Assembly: GCA_963729895.1 (NCBI GenBank)
Contig: CAVSQB010000022.1
Coordinates: forward strand, 126,203 to 190,202
Direction: 5' to 3'
Origin: an uncultured Fibrobacterota bacterium
GTDB taxonomy: Bacteria > Fibrobacterota > Chitinivibrionia > Chitinivibrionales > FEN-1185
DNA: 64,000 nucleotides
The translations under genes were made by a program, and so were the position numbers. The first letter of the stretch is position 1; each line of letters starts with the position of its first letter. The notes under the pieces were generated by a model. It made no database searches and had not been told where the DNA came from. It saw only the letters and a list, made by a program, of their open reading frames with translations. Below are positions 19,921 through 30,083 of this stretch, piece by piece.

Positions 19921-20472
19921 TCAATACCCTTTCAGATTGTCGGTATCTTTGTGTTTGTTTGGGTCTTCCTTGTCTTCTTTTTCAAAATCGGCGACAGTTT
20001 GGTTGTAATCCTTTTCGTCAAGAGATGGGCCTTTTTCTTCGGGATTCAAGATCTCATAATCCATTTCATTTTTCTGTTTCTCAAAATCCTCAGGATTTGA
20101 TCCGTTGAAACCGGTCCTGGCCGACATGATTCCCATGAAGATCAGTTGGTTGAGGTAATACACCTTGTTTGCCTCGAGATTGATCTTCGCGCATGCCTTG
20201 TTCTCCGCATCCGCAATTACATAGTGCGTGCCGGGATCGACTTGGGCGGCAAAGTAACACTTACCCTTGGTGGTGCCCACGTAGGCTTTGTCCACATAAT
20301 TATGGATTTCCTTGACAAATCCGTAGCTTGTGCTGCGATAGATGACAAGTGTCGCTTTGGACGGATCAGGGGCGATTACCGGGCGTGTCTCAACCTTCCT
20401 CATATATTGGTTACCGCACCCGGCAAGAAAGAGCATCGACACGGCAATAACACCGACTTTTCGAAACGACAT
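19921..20472 (-). CDS. Lipoprotein, DUF2846-like
   Basis: Lipobox LAGC; 'ATLVIYR...VDPGTH...LEANKVYYL'; RBS GGAGG. Confidence 0.65.
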   Translation of the reverse strand: MSFRKVGVIAVSMLFLAGCGNQYMRKVETRPVIAPDPSKATLVIYRSTSYGFVKEIHNYVDKAYVGTTKGKCYFAAQVDPGTHYVIADAENKACAKINLEANKVYYLNQLIFMGIMSARTGFNGSNPEDFEKQKNEMDYEILNPEEKGPSLDEKDYNQTVADFEKEDKEDPNKHKDTDNLKGY

Positions 20473-20598
20473 AGGACCTCCTTATGGTGGAAAACCCGGG
20501 TATGTTGCTTGGCACTGTTCAGTGAAAAAGATACGTTGGCAGGAGTTTCCCGGCAAGAATAATCGGATACAAGCTCGCAAAGGCTTTATGGGAAGCCG

Positions 20599-21531
20599 TC
20601 AACGGGTAATAATAAACCGGGACTCTTCGGAGATTCCGCCAAGCTTCAATCTCAAAAAATAGACGCCGGAGCCCAACCCGGTGAGCGGCACGGTTTCCCT
20701 GTGCGCTCCGGCGGAAAGCAGGTGTTCCTGTTGCGGCCAAACCGCCTCGCCATGACAATTGACAATAGATAAGCATGTTTTTCCGGCTTGAGGAAGGGCA
20801 TAAGAAACTTCAAGTCCGCCTTTTTCAGAATGTGTTCGGAGCGCGTATGAACGGCAGGCATTCTCGCCGGTACGCGTCGGCACGGAGGGAGTTTCATTTT
20901 CGAGGGTGAAAATGAGTTTGTCGCAGTTGAACGAATTGGTGACAAAAGTAAGCTGCAACACAAAGAGACCGGTATCCAGACTCGCTGTTGCCACGGTATT
21001 GAATGTGTTCCAGTTGTGCCAGATCTCATTGCCTGCCGGAGCCGTGGTTTGAGCCAGGTTCAAAATAGTTACCGGCGTCCCGCCGTTGAATGAAATTGTC
21101 TGGGTGTTCGGGGTGGCCGCAACCGCTTCATACGAGCTGATGCCGTACACGCCGGCAACTTTTACGTGAACCGTGAATCTTACCCATTCGCCGACATCTA
21201 TCCAGGAAAGATGGTAGGAACCCGCAGGCGGAACAGACCCGTCCGCGTTTCGGTCACCGCTGCCAAATGGCTGCATACCGACATGCATGTCGGCCGAGTC
21301 CAGGCGTATCGTGCCGAAATTAACGGACCATGTGTCATGGAATCCGACTTCCGGTCCGCCTTCGTCGAAGAAGACCGCCTTTATCACCCCGGGAATCGTC
21401 TGGGGATTACCCTTAAGCGTGTCGCCGGTAAAAACCCTTCCCGTGTATCCGGCGGGAATTGCGGCACTAACCAGAGAGGCCGACACGAAACAGGAAAGTG
21501 CCGTGACGGCAAATGCGGGGTAGAAACGCAT
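20599..21531 (-). CDS. Secreted CBM6-like carbohydrate-binding protein with C-terminal sorting domain
   Basis: Signal peptide; 'IPGVIKAVFFDEGG', 'WIDVGEWVRFTV'; CTD 'LGSGVYFLRL'. Confidence 0.65.
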   Translation of the reverse strand: MRFYPAFAVTALSCFVSASLVSAAIPAGYTGRVFTGDTLKGNPQTIPGVIKAVFFDEGGPEVGFHDTWSVNFGTIRLDSADMHVGMQPFGSGDRNADGSVPPAGSYHLSWIDVGEWVRFTVHVKVAGVYGISSYEAVAATPNTQTISFNGGTPVTILNLAQTTAPAGNEIWHNWNTFNTVATASLDTGLFVLQLTFVTNSFNCDKLIFTLENETPSVPTRTGENACRSYALRTHSEKGGLEVSYALPQAGKTCLSIVNCHGEAVWPQQEHLLSAGAHRETVPLTGLGSGVYFLRLKLGGISEESRFIITR

Positions 21532-21825
21532 AGCGCAAACTCATTTTCGCATGTTGACAAATACGTAATTTGTGTTTCCGCAGTATTTTGCCAAGATGAC
21601 TGTGACTCTCAAAAATATAGAGTCCAACAGCCTTCACCCGCTGTAAAACGTGTCGGGACTGTTACTAATCGTTACACGTCAATGTAACGCAACCCGGGCC
21701 ATTTTGTACGCCACCATGACAAAAGGTAGTGCGGTAAAGAAATCCGCGGGATGAGAATGAAGAGTATGCTGGACAAGACGGAACCGTCTTGTCCAAGGAA
21801 TCTTCGGTCTTGTAGGCTCGGCGAA

Positions 21826-22620
21826 TTACTTCCTGTTTGCATTCAGAAACTGGTTCCACCAAACGGGAAGCGAATTGTTTGGGCAGGCGGATGGATCCGC
21901 GTAGCACGTATAGGGCCCGTACTCGGAATAGGTATTTGAATAGCCGATGTTACCCGAGGCATCCTCCCAAACGGTCGCGGTATAGTGAGAGCTGTCGCCG
22001 GTCAGGGTCACCATATTGGCCGCAATTTTAGTTACCACCACTGAGTAAACAGCGCTGTCCACGGTGTTCCATGAGGCAATGAAATCAGCGGCAAACGCAA
22101 TCGAGGAATAGACCTGAATTTGACTCCCCGAAACGGAAATGGTGATCCCGCGGGCTAGGACACTGGGAAGCTGCGCGGCAATAATGGAATCCGTTCTCGC
22201 TGTGGAAGGCACCCCTTGTGCGCCGACAAGAGTCCACGCGCCCGAAAAGGAAGACCCGCTGCGGGTACCTCCTTTAAAGATATACCAGACTACCGTATTG
22301 CGAAGCGCCACATTCAGGAAATATCCGAGGGTCAATGATCCGCTGGTTGCCAGCAGGCTGTCTCCCGAGAATTTATACAGCTCCCTGGATGTGTCGTACG
22401 TTCCTGCAACCAGATTATTCCCGTTACACCGATTGGGCTGCAGCGTAATCTCGACGATCGTATCGCCTGCGGAATCACCGGGAAACGTGGAATAGGCAAT
22501 GGGAGTGCCGGAAAGTGTTGTCGCTCCTCCGTTAGCGGAGGGAGACGTGCTGTTTGAGCAAGTTATGCCCGAGAAAACCAAAAAGGCAAGAGCGGCGATG
22601 ACAACAATTGTTCTACCCAT
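21826..22620 (-). CDS. Hypothetical lipoprotein
   Basis: Lipoprotein-type signal ending in Cys; RBS AGGAG. Confidence 0.65.
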   Translation of the reverse strand: MGRTIVVIAALAFLVFSGITCSNSTSPSANGGATTLSGTPIAYSTFPGDSAGDTIVEITLQPNRCNGNNLVAGTYDTSRELYKFSGDSLLATSGSLTLGYFLNVALRNTVVWYIFKGGTRSGSSFSGAWTLVGAQGVPSTARTDSIIAAQLPSVLARGITISVSGSQIQVYSSIAFAADFIASWNTVDSAVYSVVVTKIAANMVTLTGDSSHYTATVWEDASGNIGYSNTYSEYGPYTCYADPSACPNNSLPVWWNQFLNANRK

Positions 22621-22800
22621 GCGGGAACTCCTTTGCGACCGTCTTCACGATGCGGTGAACGTTGACGCTTTGATCAATACCCCGTTGATAATATAATCAA
22701 GAAATCTGCGTTTTCCAGCTGAAAAGTGTCGAGCACCGAATGGCGGCCCGGCAAAAAAGTATATTCGGAGACAACTACTCAAGGACGGGGCCTTTTTGGA

Positions 22801-25209
22801 ATGCATATTTATTTAGGAACTTTTTTGATTGCCTTTTCCACCCTTGCCCTGGAGGTCACGCTTTCCAGACTGCTGAGTGTAATCACGTGGTACCACCTCG
22901 CATTTTTTGCGGTGTCAACCGCAATGCTCGGTATGACGGCCGGCGCCGTGATGGTATATATGAGGCCGCGGTGGTTTCCCGCCGGCGAACTTGCGGGGAG
23001 CCTGGCAAAATCGGCACTCGGGTACATGCTGGTCACGCCCTTTTCGCTGATTGTGCTCTGCATCCTGCCGATTTCCTTCGTGCCGTCGATCATGAGCCTT
23101 TTTGTATTGCTGTTTGCGAGTATTGCCTGCTCGTTGCCGTTTTATTTTTCCGGGATCGCGGTAAGCGCCGTCTTGACAAAAAGCTCGTTTCCCATAGGCA
23201 GACTGTACGCGAGCGACCTTGTCGGTGCGTCGCTCGGCTGCCTGTTCGTCCTCGGGGGGCTCCGGGTGATGGATGCCCCGAGCCTCATTCTCTGCTGCGC
23301 CGCCGCGGCCGGTTGTGCGGCGCTCGCGTTTGCCTGGAAAGATGCTTCATTCAGGTACCGCCGCCTCTGCTATATCGGCCTCCTTGTCCTTGTGCCGGTT
23401 GCGGCTGTCAATTCCATGACCGTGTACGGGATACGGCCGTTTGTCGCGAAAAACGTCATCCAGAATCCCCTGGCGCTGCTCATGGAACGGTGGAACACCT
23501 TTTCGCGGGTCGCGCTTTACAAAGGCATCATGGCCCGCCCGCAATACTGGGGCGCGAGTTCCACGGCGCCGCAGGACGAAAAGATCTTTCAGTACTACAT
23601 GAATATTGACGGCGACGCCGGCACCACGCTGCGCCGGTTCTCTTCATTGGAAGACATCGCCCATCTCCGCTACGATATCACCAACATCGCCTACTATGTG
23701 CGGCCGAAGGGAAAGGCCTGCGTCATCGGGGTGGGCGGAGGCAGGGACATCCAGAGTGCGATCCTGTTCGGGCACGACACCGTCACCGGGATCGACGTCA
23801 ATCCGATCTTTATCGACATCGTCAAGAACAAATTCCGGGAGTTTGCCGGCATTGCAAATCGCCCGGGCGTCACGCTCGTTGCCGACGAAGCCAGAAGTTA
23901 TCTCACCAGGAGCAAAGAAACCTATTCGACGATACAGATGTCCCTCATTGACACGTGGGCTTCAACCGGCGCAGGCGCTTTTTCTCTTTCAGAAAACGCT
24001 CTGTACACGGTGGAAGCCTGGCAGGTCTTCCTCGGCCGTCTCAAGGAAGACGGCATATTCACGGTTTCGCGGTGGCATGATCCGCACGATCTCGGCGAAA
24101 CCGGGAGGGTCATAAGCCTTGCCATGGCGGCGCTGTTTCAATCGGGAGCACGCGATCCTTCGCGCCATATCGCCCTTGTAACCACAGGCAACATTTCCAC
24201 GCTCATCTTGGGCAAGCGGCCGCTTGACGTGCAGGATATTGACGCGCTTGCAAAGGCCGCAGGAGCCCTGCGCTTCACGGTTGCCGTTCTTCCGGGCAAA
24301 ACTCCGGATAACCCGACGCTTCGCGACATCATTTCCGCGCGATCGCCCGGCGCCTTGCGTGACGTCATCGCCGACAAACCTTACAATTTTGATCCCTCCA
24401 CCGACGAGAAACCGTACTTCTTCAACATGCTCAGGCTGAGCCGCATAACGGATGGCTTGACTGCGGGCTCGGGGATAATGAAGGGAAACGCGGTGGCAAC
24501 CGTCATTCTCCTCGGGTTGATACTGTCTTTGACAATATTGACAATTGCAACAATTGTTGTCCCGCTTGTCATTGCTCCCCGCCTCGGAAGCAAGAGGGAT
24601 GTTCCTGCAAAAATCATTTGGCCGGGCGCGTTTTATTTCTCGCTCATCGGCGCAGGTTTCATGTGCGTGGAAATTGCCCTTATCCAGCGGTTGTCGGTGT
24701 TTCTCGGACATCCGGTCTATGCCCTGGGAATCCTGCTTTTCACCATTATCGCGAGCACCGGCATCGGCAGCCTGCTCAGCGAGCGGTTGCCGCTTGTCCA
24801 CTCACGCTGGGTTTTCGCGCTTCCTGTTGTTTCTGCTTTCGGCATCATCGCGCTGAGGTTCGGAGTAACCGCGCTTATGGCGGGCATGATCACCGCGCCC
24901 GTCATGAACAAGATCCTGCTTTCGGTCGCTGCGATTTTCCCGCTCGGGCTGATGCTGGGGTTCTTTTTTCCCACGGGGATGAAAATGCTTGCATTGTCTG
25001 CTGCTGCCGAAACGCCGTGGTACTGGGCGCTCAACGGGATATTCGGGGTTCTGAGCTCTGCGGTCGCGGTACTTATCTCAATTTATGTCGGCATTTCCAT
25101 CAACTTCTATATTGCCGCTCTGTGTTATGCGGCGCTTGTGCCCTGCCTTGCCGCCATGCGCGCAATGACGCCGGTGGAACGTGCCGGTGCGCCGTCGAAC
25201 ACATTGTAA
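22801..25209 (+). CDS. Membrane-embedded spermidine-synthase-like / SAM-dependent methyltransferase
   Basis: N- and C-terminal TM bundles around a class I SAM fold: 'VIGVGGGRD', 'DEARSYL', 'ENALYTVEA'. Confidence 0.75.
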   Translation: MHIYLGTFLIAFSTLALEVTLSRLLSVITWYHLAFFAVSTAMLGMTAGAVMVYMRPRWFPAGELAGSLAKSALGYMLVTPFSLIVLCILPISFVPSIMSLFVLLFASIACSLPFYFSGIAVSAVLTKSSFPIGRLYASDLVGASLGCLFVLGGLRVMDAPSLILCCAAAAGCAALAFAWKDASFRYRRLCYIGLLVLVPVAAVNSMTVYGIRPFVAKNVIQNPLALLMERWNTFSRVALYKGIMARPQYWGASSTAPQDEKIFQYYMNIDGDAGTTLRRFSSLEDIAHLRYDITNIAYYVRPKGKACVIGVGGGRDIQSAILFGHDTVTGIDVNPIFIDIVKNKFREFAGIANRPGVTLVADEARSYLTRSKETYSTIQMSLIDTWASTGAGAFSLSENALYTVEAWQVFLGRLKEDGIFTVSRWHDPHDLGETGRVISLAMAALFQSGARDPSRHIALVTTGNISTLILGKRPLDVQDIDALAKAAGALRFTVAVLPGKTPDNPTLRDIISARSPGALRDVIADKPYNFDPSTDEKPYFFNMLRLSRITDGLTAGSGIMKGNAVATVILLGLILSLTILTIATIVVPLVIAPRLGSKRDVPAKIIWPGAFYFSLIGAGFMCVEIALIQRLSVFLGHPVYALGILLFTIIASTGIGSLLSERLPLVHSRWVFALPVVSAFGIIALRFGVTALMAGMITAPVMNKILLSVAAIFPLGLMLGFFFPTGMKMLALSAAAETPWYWALNGIFGVLSSAVAVLISIYVGISINFYIAALCYAALVPCLAAMRAMTPVERAGAPSNTL

Positions 25210-25850
25210 ATCGCCGGTTTCGGCCTCAACAAAAGATCGTGCATCCGCCGCAATGAAAAAAAGATTGACCCGTGCGCTTGTCATTTTCGCAGCCGGATGT
25301 CTGCTCACCGGTCACGGCGCCGCACAGGTTCGCCCGGGTACGCGTGGACGGTACGAAGGCATGCGTTTTGTTTCCGGCGGGACCTTTCGCATGGGTGAAG
25401 CGCGGATCGCGGAACCGGTGCATACGGTAACCGTGTCCTCATTTTACATCGACACGACGCTCGTGACCCAAAAACAGTATCAGGCGCTGATGCATGTCAA
25501 CCCATCCCACTTCAGTGGAGATTCGGACCTGCCCGTCGAATCGGTGACCTGGTTCGACGCGGTTCTGTATTGCAATGCAAGAAGCATAATGCACGGTTTG
25601 AACACGGTCTATTCTTTTTCGTCGCTGTCGGGCGCACCCGGGAACGGGTGCATGTCGCTGGAAAACCTGGCGACCGGATTCGGCAGGAAAGGGTATCGCC
25701 TTCCCACAGAAGCGGAATACGAATATGCCTGCAGGTCGGGAACCACAACCGACTATTACTGGGGAGACACGGTTGACGGAAGGTACTGTTGGTTCTACGG
25801 CAACAGCAATTTCACCATGCATCCGGTGGCGCAGAAGCGTGCCAATGTGG

Positions 25851-26708
25851 CTATACCCCAATTACTTTCTCAGTCGAAATGGGAGTTTTCTCTTTGAATT
25901 GACCTCTGTATTCTTCAGGTGTTTTCCCCTTTAGTGATCCGTGTGGCCGTATCCGGTTGTAAATGTTCTTCCAATGTTCGATTATTCTTTCTGCGTCCTC
26001 TAATGAGATGAACCAGTTTTCATTCAAGCATTGGTCCCTGAATATCGAATTGAATGATTCTACAAAAGCATTCTGGCTGGGCTTGCCGGGCTGAATGAAT
26101 TCCTGCCTTACCTGGTTTCGTATTGCCCAGAGCATGAGTTCTTTGCTCCGGAATTCCGGGCCGTTATCAGTCAACAGAGCTTCCGGCTTTCCGTACCTGG
26201 CCACCAGGTGGTCTAGAACTTGGCAGACTCCTAGTGCTGGAATAGAACGTGCTACCTTGATTGCAAGAGCCTCACGGGTGCAGTCATCGACAACATTCAG
26301 GCATTTCAGCTTGCGCTTGTCGGAAGTACTGTCGAATATGAAATCCATTGACCAGCGACGGCTTGGCCGATCCGGCAGCGTCAACGGCATCCGTTGGCTA
26401 TTGCGTTTCTGACGCCTCCTCCGCTTGCTTTTCTGAAGCGATTCTTCCTTGTAGAGCCGATGCACACGTTTGTGATTTACTATGTACCCAAGGTTGCGGA
26501 GATACCAATAAAGCGTCGGAAAGCCCCATGAACGGAACGATGAAATGGTTTCATGCATTTTTGTTTTCAACTCGCTGTTCAAAGCCGATTCCTGCGGTCG
26601 ATAGCGGTACCCTGCCGGTGTCATACCCAGAAGTCCGCATGCTTTCCGTTGACTCAGGCCTTGCCGCATTAGTGCGTCCACAGTCAGCCTACGCTGAGGA
26701 CGCTTCAC
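25851..26708 (-). CDS. IS3 transposase OrfB
   Basis: 'WSMDF', 'DNGPEF', 'PGKPSQNAFVESFN'; lies in the -1 frame relative to OrfA. Confidence 0.9.
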   Translation of the reverse strand: MKRPQRRLTVDALMRQGLSQRKACGLLGMTPAGYRYRPQESALNSELKTKMHETISSFRSWGFPTLYWYLRNLGYIVNHKRVHRLYKEESLQKSKRRRRQKRNSQRMPLTLPDRPSRRWSMDFIFDSTSDKRKLKCLNVVDDCTREALAIKVARSIPALGVCQVLDHLVARYGKPEALLTDNGPEFRSKELMLWAIRNQVRQEFIQPGKPSQNAFVESFNSIFRDQCLNENWFISLEDAERIIEHWKNIYNRIRPHGSLKGKTPEEYRGQFKEKTPISTEKVIGV

Positions 26709-26971
26709 TATTTTCTTTGCAGCACTTCCTTCATTGCATCGATCTGAAGTGCCTGGTCTGCAACAATCCGCTTGAGCCGGCTGTTTTCGCCCTCGATCTC
26801 CTTCATCCTTTTCAGATCAGAGAGCTCAAGTCCGCTGTATTTGCTCTTCCAACGGAAGTACGTGTTCTCTGAAATACCATATTGACGACAAAGATCAGCG
26901 ACTTTGGCTCCGCGGTCGCCCTCTTGCAGGATCCGAAAAATCTGCTCTTCACTGTAGCGCTTGCCTTTCAT
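26708..26971 (-). CDS. IS3 transposase OrfA
   Basis: 'RYSEEQI...LCRQYGISENTYFRWKSKY...LKRIVAD' HTH; A-rich slippery tract just before the stop. Confidence 0.9.
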   Translation of the reverse strand: MKGKRYSEEQIFRILQEGDRGAKVADLCRQYGISENTYFRWKSKYSGLELSDLKRMKEIEGENSRLKRIVADQALQIDAMKEVLQRK

Positions 26972-27367
26972 GAGTCCTCCTAGTTAGTTTAAAATAACTC
27001 GGAAAACTCCCTTCTCAAATGAGCAAGTTTTCGGGGGTATAGCCAAATGCATTCGGCCTCTACGACATGGCAGGCAGCCTGTGGGAATGGTGCAACGACT
27101 GGTATGGTGCGTACGGCAAGAAGAACCAGACCGATCCCGCGGGGCCCAAAACTGGCACCTTCCGGGTGGCTCGCGGCGGGTGCTGGTATATTTATTACCT
27201 TCCAATCATGAGCTCCGGGTTCCGCTCCTATTCTTTTCCCGCCCCGGCGAGGTTTAAGCCCCCACACGACTACTACGGATTCCGGTGCGTGCTGGCCGCG
27301 AATTGATTCTTCAGCGCCGAGGAGTGAGGCGCGGGTGGTCTATTTTGTCAAGACCCTGGCAACGTTC

Positions 27368-28546
27368 CTACCGCATCAGAAGCATTTTCCTGACAGATAC
27401 CACTTCCTCATCCACCGTGTAGCACGCAATAACGGCCTGCCGGTAATTCGGAAGGCAGGCGGCCGGATCCTTGACGATTCCGGAATAGAGCTTCCGTCCG
27501 GACAGCGAATACAGTGACAGCGAGTTCGGAATCTTGTTGCCAAAGGCCCAGGAATGCGGCTGAACGGCATACCGGACTTCCACTCCCAACCGATTCAGGA
27601 TGGTGTCCGCGGATGCATAATCTCCCTTTCTGTAGTCGGCCCAGGCCGTCGCGACGTTCAGCTTCTCCTTTGTGGCGATCAGGAGCCTCATTTCAACATC
27701 CATGATGGCCGCAACCTCGGTTGAATCCACGTTCGCCACTTTGTCGGAGTCAAAAACCCCGGCCATGTTCTTTCCCGCGGCAAGACCGAAATAGGCGATC
27801 ACGTAATCGGTCTTGATTTGGGAAGGATTGGCGCCGATATTTCCCCATTTCATCGAGTCGGCCAGTATGGACGCAAACAGGTTCTGGTAAAACGACCACC
27901 CGAACTGAGTCAGCAGACTCTTGAAGGTGTTGTACACCGGATAGGTGGGATATTTCTCCGAGGTGAGCCAATAGGTTGCAAATGCGGTGTCAACGGCCTG
28001 CTTCAACAGTTCGCCTGCAACAAACCCCGGGAAATACCAGACATCGTCGCTCCACCAATCCCGCGGCCAGTTGTCGCTCACCGCGCCCGTGGTTGAATTG
28101 ATCACTTCTCCGATGATGACGCCGCGTATCCATCGCAGGCCGTCGCCGGTCTGCGGCCGTCCAAAGAAATCGCTCAGAGCGTATCCCACGTCACCGCCGG
28201 CCGACCAACCGCCCATGCAGCCGCCGCCGCACCCGGAATCTATCTCAACCCGCTGGGGTTTCTCCGGCGGCGCGATTCCCAGATCCTGTACGATGAGCGG
28301 GATTGCCTTGTCCAGTTCGGCCGCAACCGAGTCGAGGTTGACCTTGTAGGTGGTGCACCCGGCCAGATTGTAATCCGGCGTCACCCACACGGCATATTGC
28401 GATTTGTGAAGCGTGTCCCAGGTCTGGGCGCACAGCAAAGACGCGTAGAAGGCGACGATGAGCGCCGACGGAAAATACGGCGCGGTCCTCGTCCTACGGT
28501 AAAGCACTATTGGGCCGTTTGTGATACACGGTTTGCGATGCGGCAT
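27368..28546 (-). CDS. Secreted hypothetical protein with C-terminal sorting-like domain
   Basis: Long ORF with signal-like segment; C-terminal 'LYSLSGRKL'. Start uncertain. Confidence 0.65.
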   Translation of the reverse strand: MPHRKPCITNGPIVLYRRTRTAPYFPSALIVAFYASLLCAQTWDTLHKSQYAVWVTPDYNLAGCTTYKVNLDSVAAELDKAIPLIVQDLGIAPPEKPQRVEIDSGCGGGCMGGWSAGGDVGYALSDFFGRPQTGDGLRWIRGVIIGEVINSTTGAVSDNWPRDWWSDDVWYFPGFVAGELLKQAVDTAFATYWLTSEKYPTYPVYNTFKSLLTQFGWSFYQNLFASILADSMKWGNIGANPSQIKTDYVIAYFGLAAGKNMAGVFDSDKVANVDSTEVAAIMDVEMRLLIATKEKLNVATAWADYRKGDYASADTILNRLGVEVRYAVQPHSWAFGNKIPNSLSLYSLSGRKLYSGIVKDPAACLPNYRQAVIACYTVDEEVVSVRKMLLMR

Positions 28547-28627
28547 GTTCGTCCCTCCCTGGGGATTCAAAATGGAAGTCACGGTTGAAAGGTTTCATGA
28601 ATGAACGAGGCCTCACGTCGCGCCACC

Positions 28628-29713
28628 CTAGCGCTTGTTGCCCTTTTGTCTGCCCTTACCGTTTCCGCTCACGCCACGCGCCGCTTTTGAAACTCCCGGG
28701 TGGGGGGCCGGCATCGGGACGATTGGCCCTTGTGCAACAACCCGGCCCTTTTTTGCCATTGGATGAATTGGCGGACCGGGCGGCAAAGGCGGCGTTGGGG
28801 CGGTCATGCCGCCGTGAGAAGCGCGCGGCAGCGGCATGCCCGGCACGGGCGGCAAAGGCGGGGCAAGTACGCCGCCGCGGGAACCACCCGGCAACGGCAT
28901 TCCGGGGCCGGGGGGCAAGAAGAACGGTCCCGGCACTATGAGCCGTCCGTGCGGCCCAACTGGCATGGGAGGACCAAGGGGCACGAACACTGTCGTAGAA
29001 ACCACCGGCACAACAACAAGCGGCGCATCCAGCGTCATTTCGTCCGGGTTGACCTTGAACCTCACTTCGTATTCGTGATAGTACTGCGGCCCCACCAGGG
29101 GCTGCAGTTTCTTAAACTGACCGTAATTCATCGGTGCAGTCGCAACCGGCGCGGCGTTGTAGGCGACCGTCGTGTAGCAGCCGGGCGACACAAGGACCGG
29201 GGGCGCGGAAGGGAGGAACGGGTTGAACACGCGCACGCTTCCGTCAAGGACGCGAACGTGGGTGACATACGGTTGCGGGTAGAATTCCACCACAAAATGC
29301 GTACCCTCGGCGCGGGCGAGCGCCGTGGGTGTCCACACCTCATAGCGTGTGCCGCTTCCCTTGATATCCTTAACATCAGAGAGAACCTCGCCGCCGGCGT
29401 TCAGCACCGCTATGACCCGCTTGTTCTGGCCGTCAACCGTGTCGGTGATCGTGACGCACGTGTTTTCGCTCAGTTTTATGGTATTGTTTCCGAACGTGAC
29501 CACAGCCTCGGCTTGCTTCAACGTTCGGACGGTGTCGCCGGTGAACACCGATGCGCCGTTTTGCGCCGGCGCCCACGACCCGCTCGCCCGTTGGAAAACC
29601 CGGGCCTCTCCGGTCACATAGGCCAGTTTCCCAAAGACACGGTGCGTGTTATGGCCGCACCCTGCTGTGAAGGTCATCAGTGAAAGAACGACGCACAACG
29701 CAAAATGTTTCAT
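28628..29713 (-). CDS. FecR-domain lipoprotein with Pro-rich tail
   Basis: Lipobox TAGC; 'GDTVRT', 'VWTPTALARAEGTHF', 'VRVLDGSV'; Pro/Gly-rich C-terminus. Confidence 0.75.
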   Translation of the reverse strand: MKHFALCVVLSLMTFTAGCGHNTHRVFGKLAYVTGEARVFQRASGSWAPAQNGASVFTGDTVRTLKQAEAVVTFGNNTIKLSENTCVTITDTVDGQNKRVIAVLNAGGEVLSDVKDIKGSGTRYEVWTPTALARAEGTHFVVEFYPQPYVTHVRVLDGSVRVFNPFLPSAPPVLVSPGCYTTVAYNAAPVATAPMNYGQFKKLQPLVGPQYYHEYEVRFKVNPDEMTLDAPLVVVPVVSTTVFVPLGPPMPVGPHGRLIVPGPFFLPPGPGMPLPGGSRGGVLAPPLPPVPGMPLPRASHGGMTAPTPPLPPGPPIHPMAKKGRVVAQGPIVPMPAPHPGVSKAARGVSGNGKGRQKGNKR

Positions 29714-30083
29714 GGAAAAAACCTCCGGTTAAGTGCGGAAAATCCGAATCTTAGAAAGGCGTTTGCCGCGCAGCGTGCCGCAGCTGCGTTGGAAAGGGGT
29801 TTGTCTACAGAATATATTATTTTTGGAAAACAATAGCCAATTTTGGCTTGCATTACGTAGTTGACCGGCTCACAATTCTTGGCAGGAAGATTGAAACAAA
29901 GAGGAGGAAAGAGGTGTCTAAAGAGCATGGCGCCTGTCATTCGAAAGTCGGGAGGGCGCGGATTTCTCCCGGAAGCGGGAGTAGCGCACCAACGATTCTT
30001 CAACAATTTGCCAGGTATGAACGTATTTTTAGTACGTAGGGAAGAAATGTTTTTCCGGTGGTGACATCATCAAGGGGTTTCCA

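Larger units (their letters stand above)
25848..27045 (-). mobile_element. IS3-family (IS407-like) element
   Basis: TG..CA ends, ~43-bp imperfect IRs starting TGGCTATACCCC; 4-bp TSD AATG at 25844-25847 and 27046-27049. Confidence 0.93.
25253..27306 (+). pseudogene. FGE-sulfatase (SUMF1) family gene interrupted by IS3
   Basis: 'FRMG', 'PVESVTWFDA', 'RLPTEAEYEYA' before the IS and 'WEWC...RVARGG...GFRC' after it. Removing the IS and one AATG restores in-frame KRANAFGLYDMAG. Confidence 0.9.
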
